This document shows positions 29,201-37,013 of a DNA stretch of 64,000 nucleotides, piece after piece; position 1 is the stretch's first letter; the number at the start of each line of letters is the position of its first letter. The notes below the pieces were generated by a model, which made no database searches, was not told the DNA's origin, and worked only from the letters and a program-made list of their open reading frames with translations. Position numbers and translations under genes: made by a program. The DNA is from Candidatus Latescibacterota bacterium (GTDB lineage: Bacteria; Latescibacterota; UBA2968; GCA-2709665): the NCBI GenBank assembly GCA_965226795.1, contig CBDDDZ010000005.1:1474016-1538015 (forward strand), written 5' to 3'.

Positions 29201-31094
29201 CACGGTGCTTCCGCCAGGCCGTTTTGTGGTCCTGTTCGGTGGCGGCTCTACGACGGATTTCCCCGGAACAGCGTTTGTGGATGATGGCCGGATAGGCGAT
29301 GGGCTCTCGAATTCGGGCGACACTGTGGTTTTCCTGTCACCCGATGGCGCAGATACGCTCGATGTCGCCACCTTTGACAAGGCACCGGAAGGGGCCTCTC
29401 TGGTCCGCCGCGAGGATTCCACGCTGCAAAGGCATGATCGTCTGCCATTCATCGGGTGGTTCTCACCCGGACGCGCGGCACCGAAGCTGGTCGCGATCCG
29501 CATCGTTCCCGACACGTTGATCCTGGAAACTGGAACCAGCCGCGCCGTCGCCGCACAGGGTATTTTCAATTCGGATCTTGTATCCGATGTCACGGACAAC
29601 CTGAATTGGACCGTTGAAGACTCCTCGGTTGCGAAACTTGAAACGGGGATGCGGCTACGGGGCGTAGCGCCGGGCGAGACGGCGGTGCACGCGTGGTTCG
29701 GGCGTCTCACGTCAAACGCCGTCGTCAGGATACTTTCGAAGACGACGAACGAAAGTGCCGATTCGAGCAGTGGAATCGACGACAACACGGGCAGTGCGAA
29801 TCCCTCATCCAACCTTCCGCCGGTAATCCTCACGCGCCCCGACACGCTGGCCATCACGGGTCTCAGGTACTTGTACCGGCCGAAGGCCGAGGATCCCGAA
29901 GGTGATCCTGTGGTTTTTTTGGCGCCGCAGAGACCAGCCTGGCTTCAATGGACGGAAACCGATTTGGAGGGTTTACCGGAAAACACTGGTTTCTGGCCGG
30001 TTGTCATCGCGGCGACGGACGGCAGGGACACGACGGAACAGGCGTTCACCATCCGCGTCGTAAGACCCGGCGTTCTTCCCGCGAGCCGACCGGACAGCGT
30101 TGCCTACGTTGGTGTAACGTGGCGGATGTATCTGGATATCAGCGACGGAATTCAGACCCAGATAGACGGTGGACCTGTTCTCGAAGCCTCGGGCGAAACC
30201 CTGATGTGGCGCCCGCAGACGGGCGACGAAGGCCAACGGTTGATCACGGTTTCCATGAGTGGAAACGGTGTCGAAAGCCTGATCTTGACATTCAGGATCA
30301 CGGTCTGGCCTCGACCGCTGATCCGCGTCGATGAGATTCTGGTCGATCCGACCGCGGATGTAAACGGAGATGGAAATCTCGACCCATACGGAGACCAATT
30401 CATCGAATTGCTCAATGCCGCCGCTCACGGGGTGGATCTGGCCGGCTGGACGCTCGGTGACGACGACGGGGAACCGTTTACATTCCCTCGAGGTACGATT
30501 TTGAAAGGTGGAGATCGATTGACCCTGTTCGGTGGTGGGCCGCACACGCGTGGGAATGGCCGGTTTTCCGCCGCCGGCAGGATCGGGAACGGGCTGGCTG
30601 CCTCAGATCGGATCCTATTAATCGCACCGGGCGGACCGGACACGCTGGTCGATGTGCAATACGCCAACGGACAGGTTGGCGCGTCTTTGGTGCCCGACCC
30701 GGAAAAACCGGGGGATTGGCTGCCTCACAACCAGGTTTCGAATCTGCCGTTTTCGCCGGGAATGGCGACACCTGTAGCGGATACCGCATTACCTGACTCC
30801 TTGGAAAACTCTGCGAATGATCTTGAAGGCTATCCGGTTCACCCGTTTCCAAACCCATTCAATTTGCACACGACCATCGGGTTTCGAAGCACCGGCGATC
30901 CGGCGGAATTTACGGTTTACAACATTCTCGGACAACCCGTACGCCGGTTTTCGGTTACAACGGGTGCGGGTTTTCATCAATTGGTGTGGGACGGACGCGA
31001 CAATCTGGGGCGATCGGTGGGAACGGGCGTATATCTCATTCGTATTCGAATCGGATTTCGCGTCCGCACGATGCGAGTGGTTCTGGTAAGATGA
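26214..31094 (+). CDS. Giant (1626 aa) secreted T9SS cargo protein: two N-terminal cohesin-like modules, five repeats of [putative-Ig/cadherin-like + lamin-tail domain], a Big_2 domain and a T9SS C-terminal sorting domain
   Basis: Cohesin-like blocks (GATVLATDTVGVEVVLKNARPIAGTTWTLGYDSSSMAVVGVD.. and SPGDTVSVPLKLRNRAVVAGIQVELNWPQDALSFVEV..). Five LTD copies (E[VI]LADP..GD[AV]NGDG.RDS.[AS]DEFVE[IL].N..W.LSDDD..F.FP.GT.L.PG.RAVLFGGG..VFVDDG[SR]IGNGL[TS]N.[GA]D.V.L). T9SS CTD: PNPFNLHTTIGF...VWDGRDNLGRSVGTGVYLIRI...RVVLVR. Confidence 0.8.
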   Translation: MRRYIHTLAILLSLDPPPAGHCTPADTLWVKGATVLATDTVGVEVVLKNARPIAGTTWTLGYDSSSMAVVGVDKTERTAGMEIYMHAAGDSVKALILNPSTGQAIPPGEGAVALLRMAIRESIPDGIYPLTFRMVDLVNTAQPPERLAAVGLGGQVRVTSQLFSVGATSGSPGDTVSVPLKLRNRAVVAGIQVELNWPQDALSFVEVLPADRIAQWDLWAVARNGNGAMVLAADLDGTERIPPGDGTLALLNLAIPVFSNSSAVPISIESVRLANPEGTALPSASESGEIAILSNLNRSPQLALPEYITTPEDSTFLWRAPAFDPDGDQLEFEAENLPEWLSLDAASGKFSGRPEDRDVGVYIVSLLVSDGRISVPDSMRLEVTNLPPQIIGTPERTARVGAEYRYAPEVRNLDGGYVRIEADVLGILWDAQTGLVIWQPEKPGEFRLRLIAVDPNGGEAVQSFDVTVAAGAKVVIDEVLADPATGPNGDANRDGVRDSKSDEFVEIWNVDSKPVTIGGWWLSDDDVGSSGRFHFPDGTVLEPGTRAVLFGGGEPRDIPGRVFVDDGSIGNGLTNKGDLVLLVDPVSEDTMAVADFRVKGDLNRSVVRLAEGIYVPHPDLPDGGVISPGRPHPNPADPEETAKPPRPVFLDAPPSWCRVGALCRFVPRIRNLDGGFVRLETRVLGVVWDRSTGEILWRPDKEGRFRFWQTAVSGAGETTVRQFDVWVEPRPKIAIVEILADPPPGVYGDVNGDGTRDSQADEFVEILNEGPDAVWLTDWRLSDDDVSDRRQFRFPNLTRLQPGERAVLFGGGRPVGVEGQVFVDDGSIGNGLTNKADVILLIDPVLNDTLGRASYHVESDIDQSLVWDGTGWIPHETPPGRGVFSPGLPREMGTVITENADDKQDGGTDGGVGPNEAERNARYPSGSVPSGVIINEILANPTHGANGDANGDGERHGYQDEFLELKNTGPDTAYLDGCRLGDDDVPLDRLFGFPTGTVLPPGRFVVLFGGGSTTDFPGTAFVDDGRIGDGLSNSGDTVVFLSPDGADTLDVATFDKAPEGASLVRREDSTLQRHDRLPFIGWFSPGRAAPKLVAIRIVPDTLILETGTSRAVAAQGIFNSDLVSDVTDNLNWTVEDSSVAKLETGMRLRGVAPGETAVHAWFGRLTSNAVVRILSKTTNESADSSSGIDDNTGSANPSSNLPPVILTRPDTLAITGLRYLYRPKAEDPEGDPVVFLAPQRPAWLQWTETDLEGLPENTGFWPVVIAATDGRDTTEQAFTIRVVRPGVLPASRPDSVAYVGVTWRMYLDISDGIQTQIDGGPVLEASGETLMWRPQTGDEGQRLITVSMSGNGVESLILTFRITVWPRPLIRVDEILVDPTADVNGDGNLDPYGDQFIELLNAAAHGVDLAGWTLGDDDGEPFTFPRGTILKGGDRLTLFGGGPHTRGNGRFSAAGRIGNGLAASDRILLIAPGGPDTLVDVQYANGQVGASLVPDPEKPGDWLPHNQVSNLPFSPGMATPVADTALPDSLENSANDLEGYPVHPFPNPFNLHTTIGFRSTGDPAEFTVYNILGQPVRRFSVTTGAGFHQLVWDGRDNLGRSVGTGVYLIRIRIGFRVRTMRVVLVR

Positions 31095-31278
31095 CCTCGG
31101 GAAAGACCATCCGCAGCCGTCCAGGTCCAAAGATAATATGCCGCAGGTACCGGCGAGCTGAAAGCCCCGAATGAATGTGACAGGCTGCCTTCGTGCAGAT
31201 GTGGAGAGATAATGCCGTTCATCGTCCGCAACATCATTGCGGCCGGAATGAAAAAAACGAGGAAAGGGGGTGGAATTC

Positions 31279-31539
31279 ATGGCACAGCCCGAGATTACGT
31301 TCAGACACGGTTCCTGCAGCGCTTCCGTATTCGAGAACGAATATAACCGCGGCAAGGATAGTTTCAACGTCCGTACCGTTTCGTTTCAGAGAAGCTACCG
31401 GGACAAGCAAGGCGAGTGGCAGCGATCCAGCAGCCTGCGGGTGAACGATATCCCGAAGGCGATTCTGGTACTCAACAAGGCCTACGAGTACTTGACCTCC
31501 AACGGTCACGCCGAAGCCGAAGAAGAAACCGAAAGCTGA
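31279..31539 (+). CDS. Hypothetical small protein (86 aa)
   Basis: AAAGGGGG SD about 8 nt before the ATG at 31279, and its own terminator hairpin downstream. Beta-strand-rich sequence with an acidic tail. Confidence 0.5.
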   Translation: MAQPEITFRHGSCSASVFENEYNRGKDSFNVRTVSFQRSYRDKQGEWQRSSSLRVNDIPKAILVLNKAYEYLTSNGHAEAEEETES

Positions 31540-31562
31540 GTCAAATTTCACAGCAGATTGCG

Positions 31563-31602
31563 AAGAGGGATAGCCGGCATTTTTTCCGGGTGTCCCTCTT
31601 TT
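31563..31602 (+). terminator. Rho-independent terminator (AAGAGGGAtagCCGG...CCGGgtgTCCCTCTT plus TTTT)
   Basis: Imperfect 12-bp stem followed by a T-run, directly after the small gene. It lies inside the N-terminal extension of track ORF 31558..32619, which argues that the true start of that gene is downstream. Confidence 0.5.
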
Positions 31603-31683
31603 GTATTACAACTGTTCTATTGTTGTTTCAAAAACGATTTATTTGTATCTTCCGGTGAGGTTAAATTGAACGGGTTATCGGGA

Positions 31684-32619
31684 ATGCGGAGCGTTCTTAT
31701 GGAAGATGCGCCAATCGATGTTGAACAATCTCTGCGCCGGCTCACAGGCGAATTGAAGAATTTTCAGGAGATCGCCAGGCATATCAAACCGCCGTCGGGC
31801 GAAATTCCCGAGTTGGAAGGAATCGACATCTACGGAGAAACCATTCCATTGGACGGAATGATCGGCGGCGATCATATAATATACGTCGATTTCAAAAAGC
31901 GGTACGATCTGGAGGCGCGTATACTGAAGGCGGAGAAAGAAGGCCGCCGCAGAGTAGCCGAAAACCTCAGGAGATGCCAGCGGATGGCCGGAATCGCCCT
32001 CGTGGATGTGTCTGGTCACCAGATTACGGACGCGATGCTGGCCGGTATGCTGCACGAGGCATTCTTGCTCGGCGCCATCTATGAACTGGATCAGTTCGGC
32101 ACGATTACCGAGAAACTTTTCGAGAATTTGAATACCCGGATTTACAATTCTTCCAGCGTCAGCAAATTCCTGACGATGATATATGGTGAAATCAGCGAAG
32201 ACGACACATTCAAGTTCCTCTCTGCCGCCCACCCCATGCCGATCGTGTTTTCCAATACGCAGGACCGGATAATGGACATAAGCGAGGATCTGTTTGTAAA
32301 TTTCCCACCCATCGGTACCTTACCCTCACAGGAGGATATCGACCGACAGGCGATCCAGAGCGTGCTGGGCTTCAAGGAAAAATACGAGATCAATGAGTGG
32401 TCGCTGATGGGGCCGGGCGACATTCTGTTGCTGTATACGGACGGGCTGACGGACCACCGCCGGGACGACGACGATTATTTCCCCGATCGGCTCGAGAGTG
32501 CGCTGCGCCGGGCCAAAGGGCAGCCGGCCCAGGGGATTTTCGAGGCCGTAAAGGTGGATCTGCTCGACTTCGCCCAACCCATGGACGATATCAGTCTTGT
32601 CGTTATAAAGAGGACTTAA
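31684..32619 (+). CDS. PP2C-type serine phosphatase of the SpoIIE/RsbU family
   Basis: VDVSGHQITDAMLAGM (DVSGHG motif), LLLYTDGLTD, DDISLVVIKR. The start is uncertain (31684 or 31696; a GGAG lies before 31696). Confidence 0.8.
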   Translation: MRSVLMEDAPIDVEQSLRRLTGELKNFQEIARHIKPPSGEIPELEGIDIYGETIPLDGMIGGDHIIYVDFKKRYDLEARILKAEKEGRRRVAENLRRCQRMAGIALVDVSGHQITDAMLAGMLHEAFLLGAIYELDQFGTITEKLFENLNTRIYNSSSVSKFLTMIYGEISEDDTFKFLSAAHPMPIVFSNTQDRIMDISEDLFVNFPPIGTLPSQEDIDRQAIQSVLGFKEKYEINEWSLMGPGDILLLYTDGLTDHRRDDDDYFPDRLESALRRAKGQPAQGIFEAVKVDLLDFAQPMDDISLVVIKRT

Positions 32620-32697
32620 AGGTATACGCACTGGACGCTGGCGGTTGAAAAGCTGGCCTCTATCCGAACTAGACGTCATTTCGCAGGAGGCAAGACC

Positions 32698-34107
32698 ATG
32701 AAGATGTTTGTCAATTCCCGCTGGATGGACAAAGACGAGAAAATCGAGGTACTGAACCCGTACGATGGCTCGGTAGTCGATACTGTACCCCGTGCCGACG
32801 GAAGGGACGTGCAGGCCGCCCTGGCGACAGCGGCCAGGGGCGCTGAGGTGATGGCGGCGATGCCGGCCCACGAACGATACCGCATTCTGCATCGAGCCGC
32901 GGAGTTGATGGCGGAGCGCCAGGAGGATTTCGGGCAGACCATTTCAGCCGAAGAGGGGAAGGTCATTTCCGAGGGACGCGGGGAGGCTGCTCGAGCCGTT
33001 GATACGATGACGCTTTCGGCCGAAGAGGCGAAACGGCTTTATGGAGAAACTATCCCGCTGGACGGCGCAACCGGTGCCGAGGGCAAGTTCGGATTTACCG
33101 TTCGGGTGCCCTGTGGCGTTGTAGTTGCGATTACGCCCTTTAATTTTCCACTGAATCTGGTCTGTCACAAGGTAGGACCTGCTCTGGCGGCTGGAAATTC
33201 GGTTATCGTAAAGCCGGCCACAGACACGCCACTTTCCGCTATGAAATTGGTGGAGGTGCTTCTCGATGCGGGTGCACCGGCCGAAGCCGTGCAGTGCATC
33301 ACGGGGCCGGGGCGCGAAATCGGAAACATGCTGTCGTCTGATTCAAGGGTGCGCAAGATCTCCTTCACGGGCAGCAGGGATGTGGGTGAACAAATTTGCA
33401 GAACAGCGGGGCTGAAAAAGGTAACAATGGAACTGGGGTCCAATTCTCCGTTAATTGTGATGCCCGATGCCGATCTGGAAAAAGTGGCTGCAGCTACGAC
33501 CGCGACAGGGTTTGCAAATGCCGGGCAGGTTTGCATTTCGGCGCAACGTGTCATGGTGAACAAGGACGTGTATGAGGACTTCATTGACGTGCTCAAGCCT
33601 CAGGTGGAGGCCCTGAAAACCGGCAACCAACTGGATGAATCGGTGTCCATGGGCCCGATGATTCGCGAATCAGATGCGGAGCGGGTAAGCGCCTGGATAC
33701 AGGAGGCGAGAGAGGGCGGCGCAAGGGTAATCGTGGGGGGTGAGCGGAAGGGAACATTACACGCACCGACGGTGGTGGCTGATGTCGATCCCAAGATGCG
33801 GATTTCGTGTGACGAACTCTTTGGTCCGGCAGTTGGATTGACCCGATTCGAAACAATCGATGAGGCCATTGCTTCGGCCAACGACACCAATTACGGTTTG
33901 TCAGCCGCGTTGTTCACCGAGAATCTGGACCACGCGATGCAATTCGTAAACAGGGTGCAGTCGGGCAATATTATGATTAATTGGGGTCCTCAATGGCGGG
34001 CAGACCTGATGCCTTACGGTGGACTGAAAGAAAGTGGGATGGGCAAGGAAGGGCCCAAATACGCGGTGGAGGAGATGACAGAGTTGAAGATGGTGGTTTT
34101 TCATTAG
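32698..34107 (+). CDS. NAD(P)-dependent aldehyde dehydrogenase family protein
   Basis: FTGSRDVGEQI..ELGSNSPLIVMPDADL..GQVCISAQR (catalytic Cys region)..EELFGPAVG. Confidence 0.9.
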   Translation: MKMFVNSRWMDKDEKIEVLNPYDGSVVDTVPRADGRDVQAALATAARGAEVMAAMPAHERYRILHRAAELMAERQEDFGQTISAEEGKVISEGRGEAARAVDTMTLSAEEAKRLYGETIPLDGATGAEGKFGFTVRVPCGVVVAITPFNFPLNLVCHKVGPALAAGNSVIVKPATDTPLSAMKLVEVLLDAGAPAEAVQCITGPGREIGNMLSSDSRVRKISFTGSRDVGEQICRTAGLKKVTMELGSNSPLIVMPDADLEKVAAATTATGFANAGQVCISAQRVMVNKDVYEDFIDVLKPQVEALKTGNQLDESVSMGPMIRESDAERVSAWIQEAREGGARVIVGGERKGTLHAPTVVADVDPKMRISCDELFGPAVGLTRFETIDEAIASANDTNYGLSAALFTENLDHAMQFVNRVQSGNIMINWGPQWRADLMPYGGLKESGMGKEGPKYAVEEMTELKMVVFH

Positions 34108-34283
34108 GCACGAAGGGCGGGAACCCGCCGCACGAGGCGGATGGCGATGTCGCGGCCCCGTAAAGCACGCACCGCGAGTGACTCGCGATTGGTGCCCGCA
34201 TTAAACGCGAAGGGCCGGTGTCCAGGGCCGACCCGGGCATGAAATTCGCGATTTCCTGATTCCTATCGTGGTATTGCGCATAA

Positions 34284-34321
34284 GCAAAAGCGGAGTGTCG
34301 TCGTTGGCACTCCGCTTTTGC
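34284..34321. terminator. Bidirectional rho-independent terminator between convergent genes (GCAAAAGCGGAGTG-loop-CACTCCGCTTTTGC)
   Basis: 14-bp perfect inverted repeat with A/T runs on both sides, between the aldehyde dehydrogenase (+) and the HU gene (-). Confidence 0.6.
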
Positions 34322-34421
34322 TGTAAACCGTAGGATTTTTGAGGTTGGGATTCTACCACCTTTCTCGTCGAGTGGACCCCGTGGGCGACCGTACGCATTC
34401 CCGTTCCAGGCGCAGGTTTCT

Positions 34422-34751
34422 TTACTCATTTAGCAGTTCGGAATCGTTCTGATCGGTTGGATCGAGTGGCTGGTGAAGTGCTTTCTTTATGAGCACACCG
34501 GCTTTAAAGTAGCTTTTCTTCCGTGCGGGCACATAGACGATTTCTCCTGTCCGGGGGTTCCGTGCGGCAGGCTTGGGCTTGGTGTTTTTTACGCCCAATA
34601 CGCCAAAGCCACGAATCTCAATTCGGTCGCCGGAAATCAGGCTCTCACGCATAGCCTCGAAAAGCGTGTCGACAACCTCGTAGGCGAGTTGCTTTTTGAC
34701 GCCCAGGCGTTCAGAGATTTCGAGCGCCAGGTCCTTCTTGGTTGTTGTCAT
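34422..34751 (-). CDS. HU/IHF-family nucleoid-associated DNA-binding protein
   Basis: MTTTKKDLALEISERLGVKKQLAYEVVDTLFEAM..GDRIEIRGFGVLGVKNTKPKPAARNPRTGEIVYVPARK. Classical HU/IHF arm. AT-rich upstream region. Confidence 0.85.
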   Translation of the reverse strand: MTTTKKDLALEISERLGVKKQLAYEVVDTLFEAMRESLISGDRIEIRGFGVLGVKNTKPKPAARNPRTGEIVYVPARKKSYFKAGVLIKKALHQPLDPTDQNDSELLNE

Positions 34752-35368
34752 TTTCTCCTCCCGTTTGGCTTGCTCGCTTGAGCCGAAACATAATATAGAT
34801 CCAAAGTGTCGATTGCCGCAAGAAAAAATTTTACTAGAAGTTACACGAATTTTATCCAATCGGGATCTGGGATTCAAAGTCTGGATCTTCTTGTAAATAA
34901 TTGTTTTTAATATACTTGAAAGTCATTTTTCGTATTTTGTTGAATTTTAGACACTTACACGGATTGTCCCTTTGTGGATTCTCTGCCGGGGGCGCCACGC
35001 GGACACGGATTCCGGCCTAGGCCGCTACACGATGCGACCATCCGCAGACGGATTTTCCTGCGAATCTGGAGGCCGATGACCGCCCGGGGATTGCCTGGGC
35101 AACACCGTTTCGGCGAGTCCGATTTCAAATGGAAGGATTTATGGGAATGTGCATGTACACTAACGGAGTGGATCGACGACATATGGCGAACCGGGAAGCA
35201 GTCACTGCTGGAGCCGCGACTGCTCCGCCGGACCCGCCACGGGTGGGGAGGTGAATATCAGGCGATGGAACGGGATACGTTGGAGGATTTCAATGCCGTG
35301 ACTTGAACCCATTCGTACCGAAGCGGGTTGTCGAGAGTGCGTCTGCAGGTTACGGTACGTACCGAAAC

Positions 35369-36583
35369 TCAATGGTGTCGTTGTTCGTGCAGGGCCTGTA
35401 TGAGCCGGTCGACATGGTCAAATCCATTGCAAATGTGGGTAGATACCCGTATCCAGTGGGCGTCGCCGATTCTTTCCGTTGGCACGGTGATCTGATAGCG
35501 CTCATACAGGTCGAGGTTTTCGAATCCCGTGAGGTGGAAAGCCGAGATTGAACCGGACATATCGGCCCTGGAGGGCGTGAGCAACTCTGCCCCGCCTGCT
35601 GCCGCCATACCTTCCCGAAGATAGGCCGCCAGTGCCCGGCCTCTCTGCAGAATCCGATCTTTGCCAACCTGTTCCTGGAAATCGACGGCTTCGCCTACGG
35701 CGGCAAAAGCGGCCTGATCACGGGTGCCCCAATTTTCGATACCCCACATAAACGGACGGTCGTTGATCCGCAGCATTCCTTCCCCACCCCGTTTTGCGCC
35801 ATCGCGGCTGTATCCCCAACTTACAATGACATGATCCAGCTGCTCTTGCACGTTTGGCGACGCGTAAAGGAAACCCGTACCCTTGGGCGCGCAGAGCCAC
35901 TTGTGGCAATTGCCGCCGTAAAAGTCGCAGCTAAGGGCGTCCAGGTCCAGAGGGATCATGCCAGGGGCGTGTGCGCCGTCGACTGCAATCATCGCACCAT
36001 GGTTGTGAGCGAGCCGGGCGAGCGCTCCGACTGGCGCAATCAAACCGGTGCGGGTGATGATATGACTGCAAAGGACCAGCCGAGTGCGACCCGTAAACTC
36101 GCTTTCAAACGCGGCCAGAATGGCTTCAGGATCGTCCGTCGCCAGGGGAAAGCGGGCGCGCTTCACCACAACCCCGTGCCGTCGTTCCGCCAGATGAAGG
36201 CAATGATCGATTGCGCCGTATTCATGGTCCGAGGCCAGGATTTCATCACCGGGACTCCAGGCCAGACCGTGCACCACCATATTGATGGCTACGGTGACGT
36301 TGCAGGTGAATGCGATGTCCTCAGGTGGCGCGTTGATAAAAATGCCCAACCGGCGGCGGCCCTCGTCCACGGCGCCTGAATACCTCGCTCGATTCCGGAT
36401 CGCGCTGCGTTCAACATCCTTCATTATTGCAGTCATTTTCTCGAATACCTGTGTGGGCTGCGCGCCTACGGATCCGGTGTTGAGGTAGACCTCATCGTCG
36501 GCGATCATGTATGCTTTTCGAATCGTCTGCCAATAGGCTTCCTCCTCTGCGGAAGTCGGCCAGGACACGTCAAGAAAGGTCAC
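35369..36583 (-). CDS. Class V aminotransferase / cysteine-desulfurase-isopenicillin-N-epimerase-like PLP enzyme
   Basis: IAVDGAHAPG..FYGGNCHKWLCAPKGTGFLY (PLP lysine). 404 aa. Confidence 0.8.
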   Translation of the reverse strand: MTFLDVSWPTSAEEEAYWQTIRKAYMIADDEVYLNTGSVGAQPTQVFEKMTAIMKDVERSAIRNRARYSGAVDEGRRRLGIFINAPPEDIAFTCNVTVAINMVVHGLAWSPGDEILASDHEYGAIDHCLHLAERRHGVVVKRARFPLATDDPEAILAAFESEFTGRTRLVLCSHIITRTGLIAPVGALARLAHNHGAMIAVDGAHAPGMIPLDLDALSCDFYGGNCHKWLCAPKGTGFLYASPNVQEQLDHVIVSWGYSRDGAKRGGEGMLRINDRPFMWGIENWGTRDQAAFAAVGEAVDFQEQVGKDRILQRGRALAAYLREGMAAAGGAELLTPSRADMSGSISAFHLTGFENLDLYERYQITVPTERIGDAHWIRVSTHICNGFDHVDRLIQALHEQRHH

Positions 36584-36734
36584 GGATACCTCCTGGAACG
36601 ATGGCGAATGAGAATGAGCGGCTATGGCCAGTTAATGTTCTGTCCTGGAAATAGATCGCCGAAATTCGGCCGTCGAGTCGCCCGGGTCGCAAAGCGCCTG
36701 GCTGAGACTGCCTGCGGAAGGTCGGCGAGCGGGT

Positions 36735-36789
36735 TTCGACAAGCTCGACGCAGGCAACGAACCCACTTCGACAAGTTTGCTTCGACAGG
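36735..36789. repeat. Three direct copies of TTCGACA(A/G)G (36735, 36767, 36781) in the divergent intergenic region
   Basis: Read directly from the sequence. Lies between the divergently oriented aminotransferase and ankyrin genes. Confidence 0.3.
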
Positions 36790-37013
36790 CTCAGCACAGG
36801 CAGTGCAAGCAACGCAGCGACGCGGAATGAACCGGCGGATGAATGGCGACATATTTCCGGGACGGGATACTGGGGCCGCGATGAAGGGTGGCGTACTGGC
36901 TGACGCATAATTGTAAATTCCGGATCACCCGTTTACAAGCCTTTTGTGAGTGAAACAGGGACTTTCCAACGGAATGCGGGGAGCAGCGCCGGATCCAGTC
37001 GAGTCTTCCGAGC

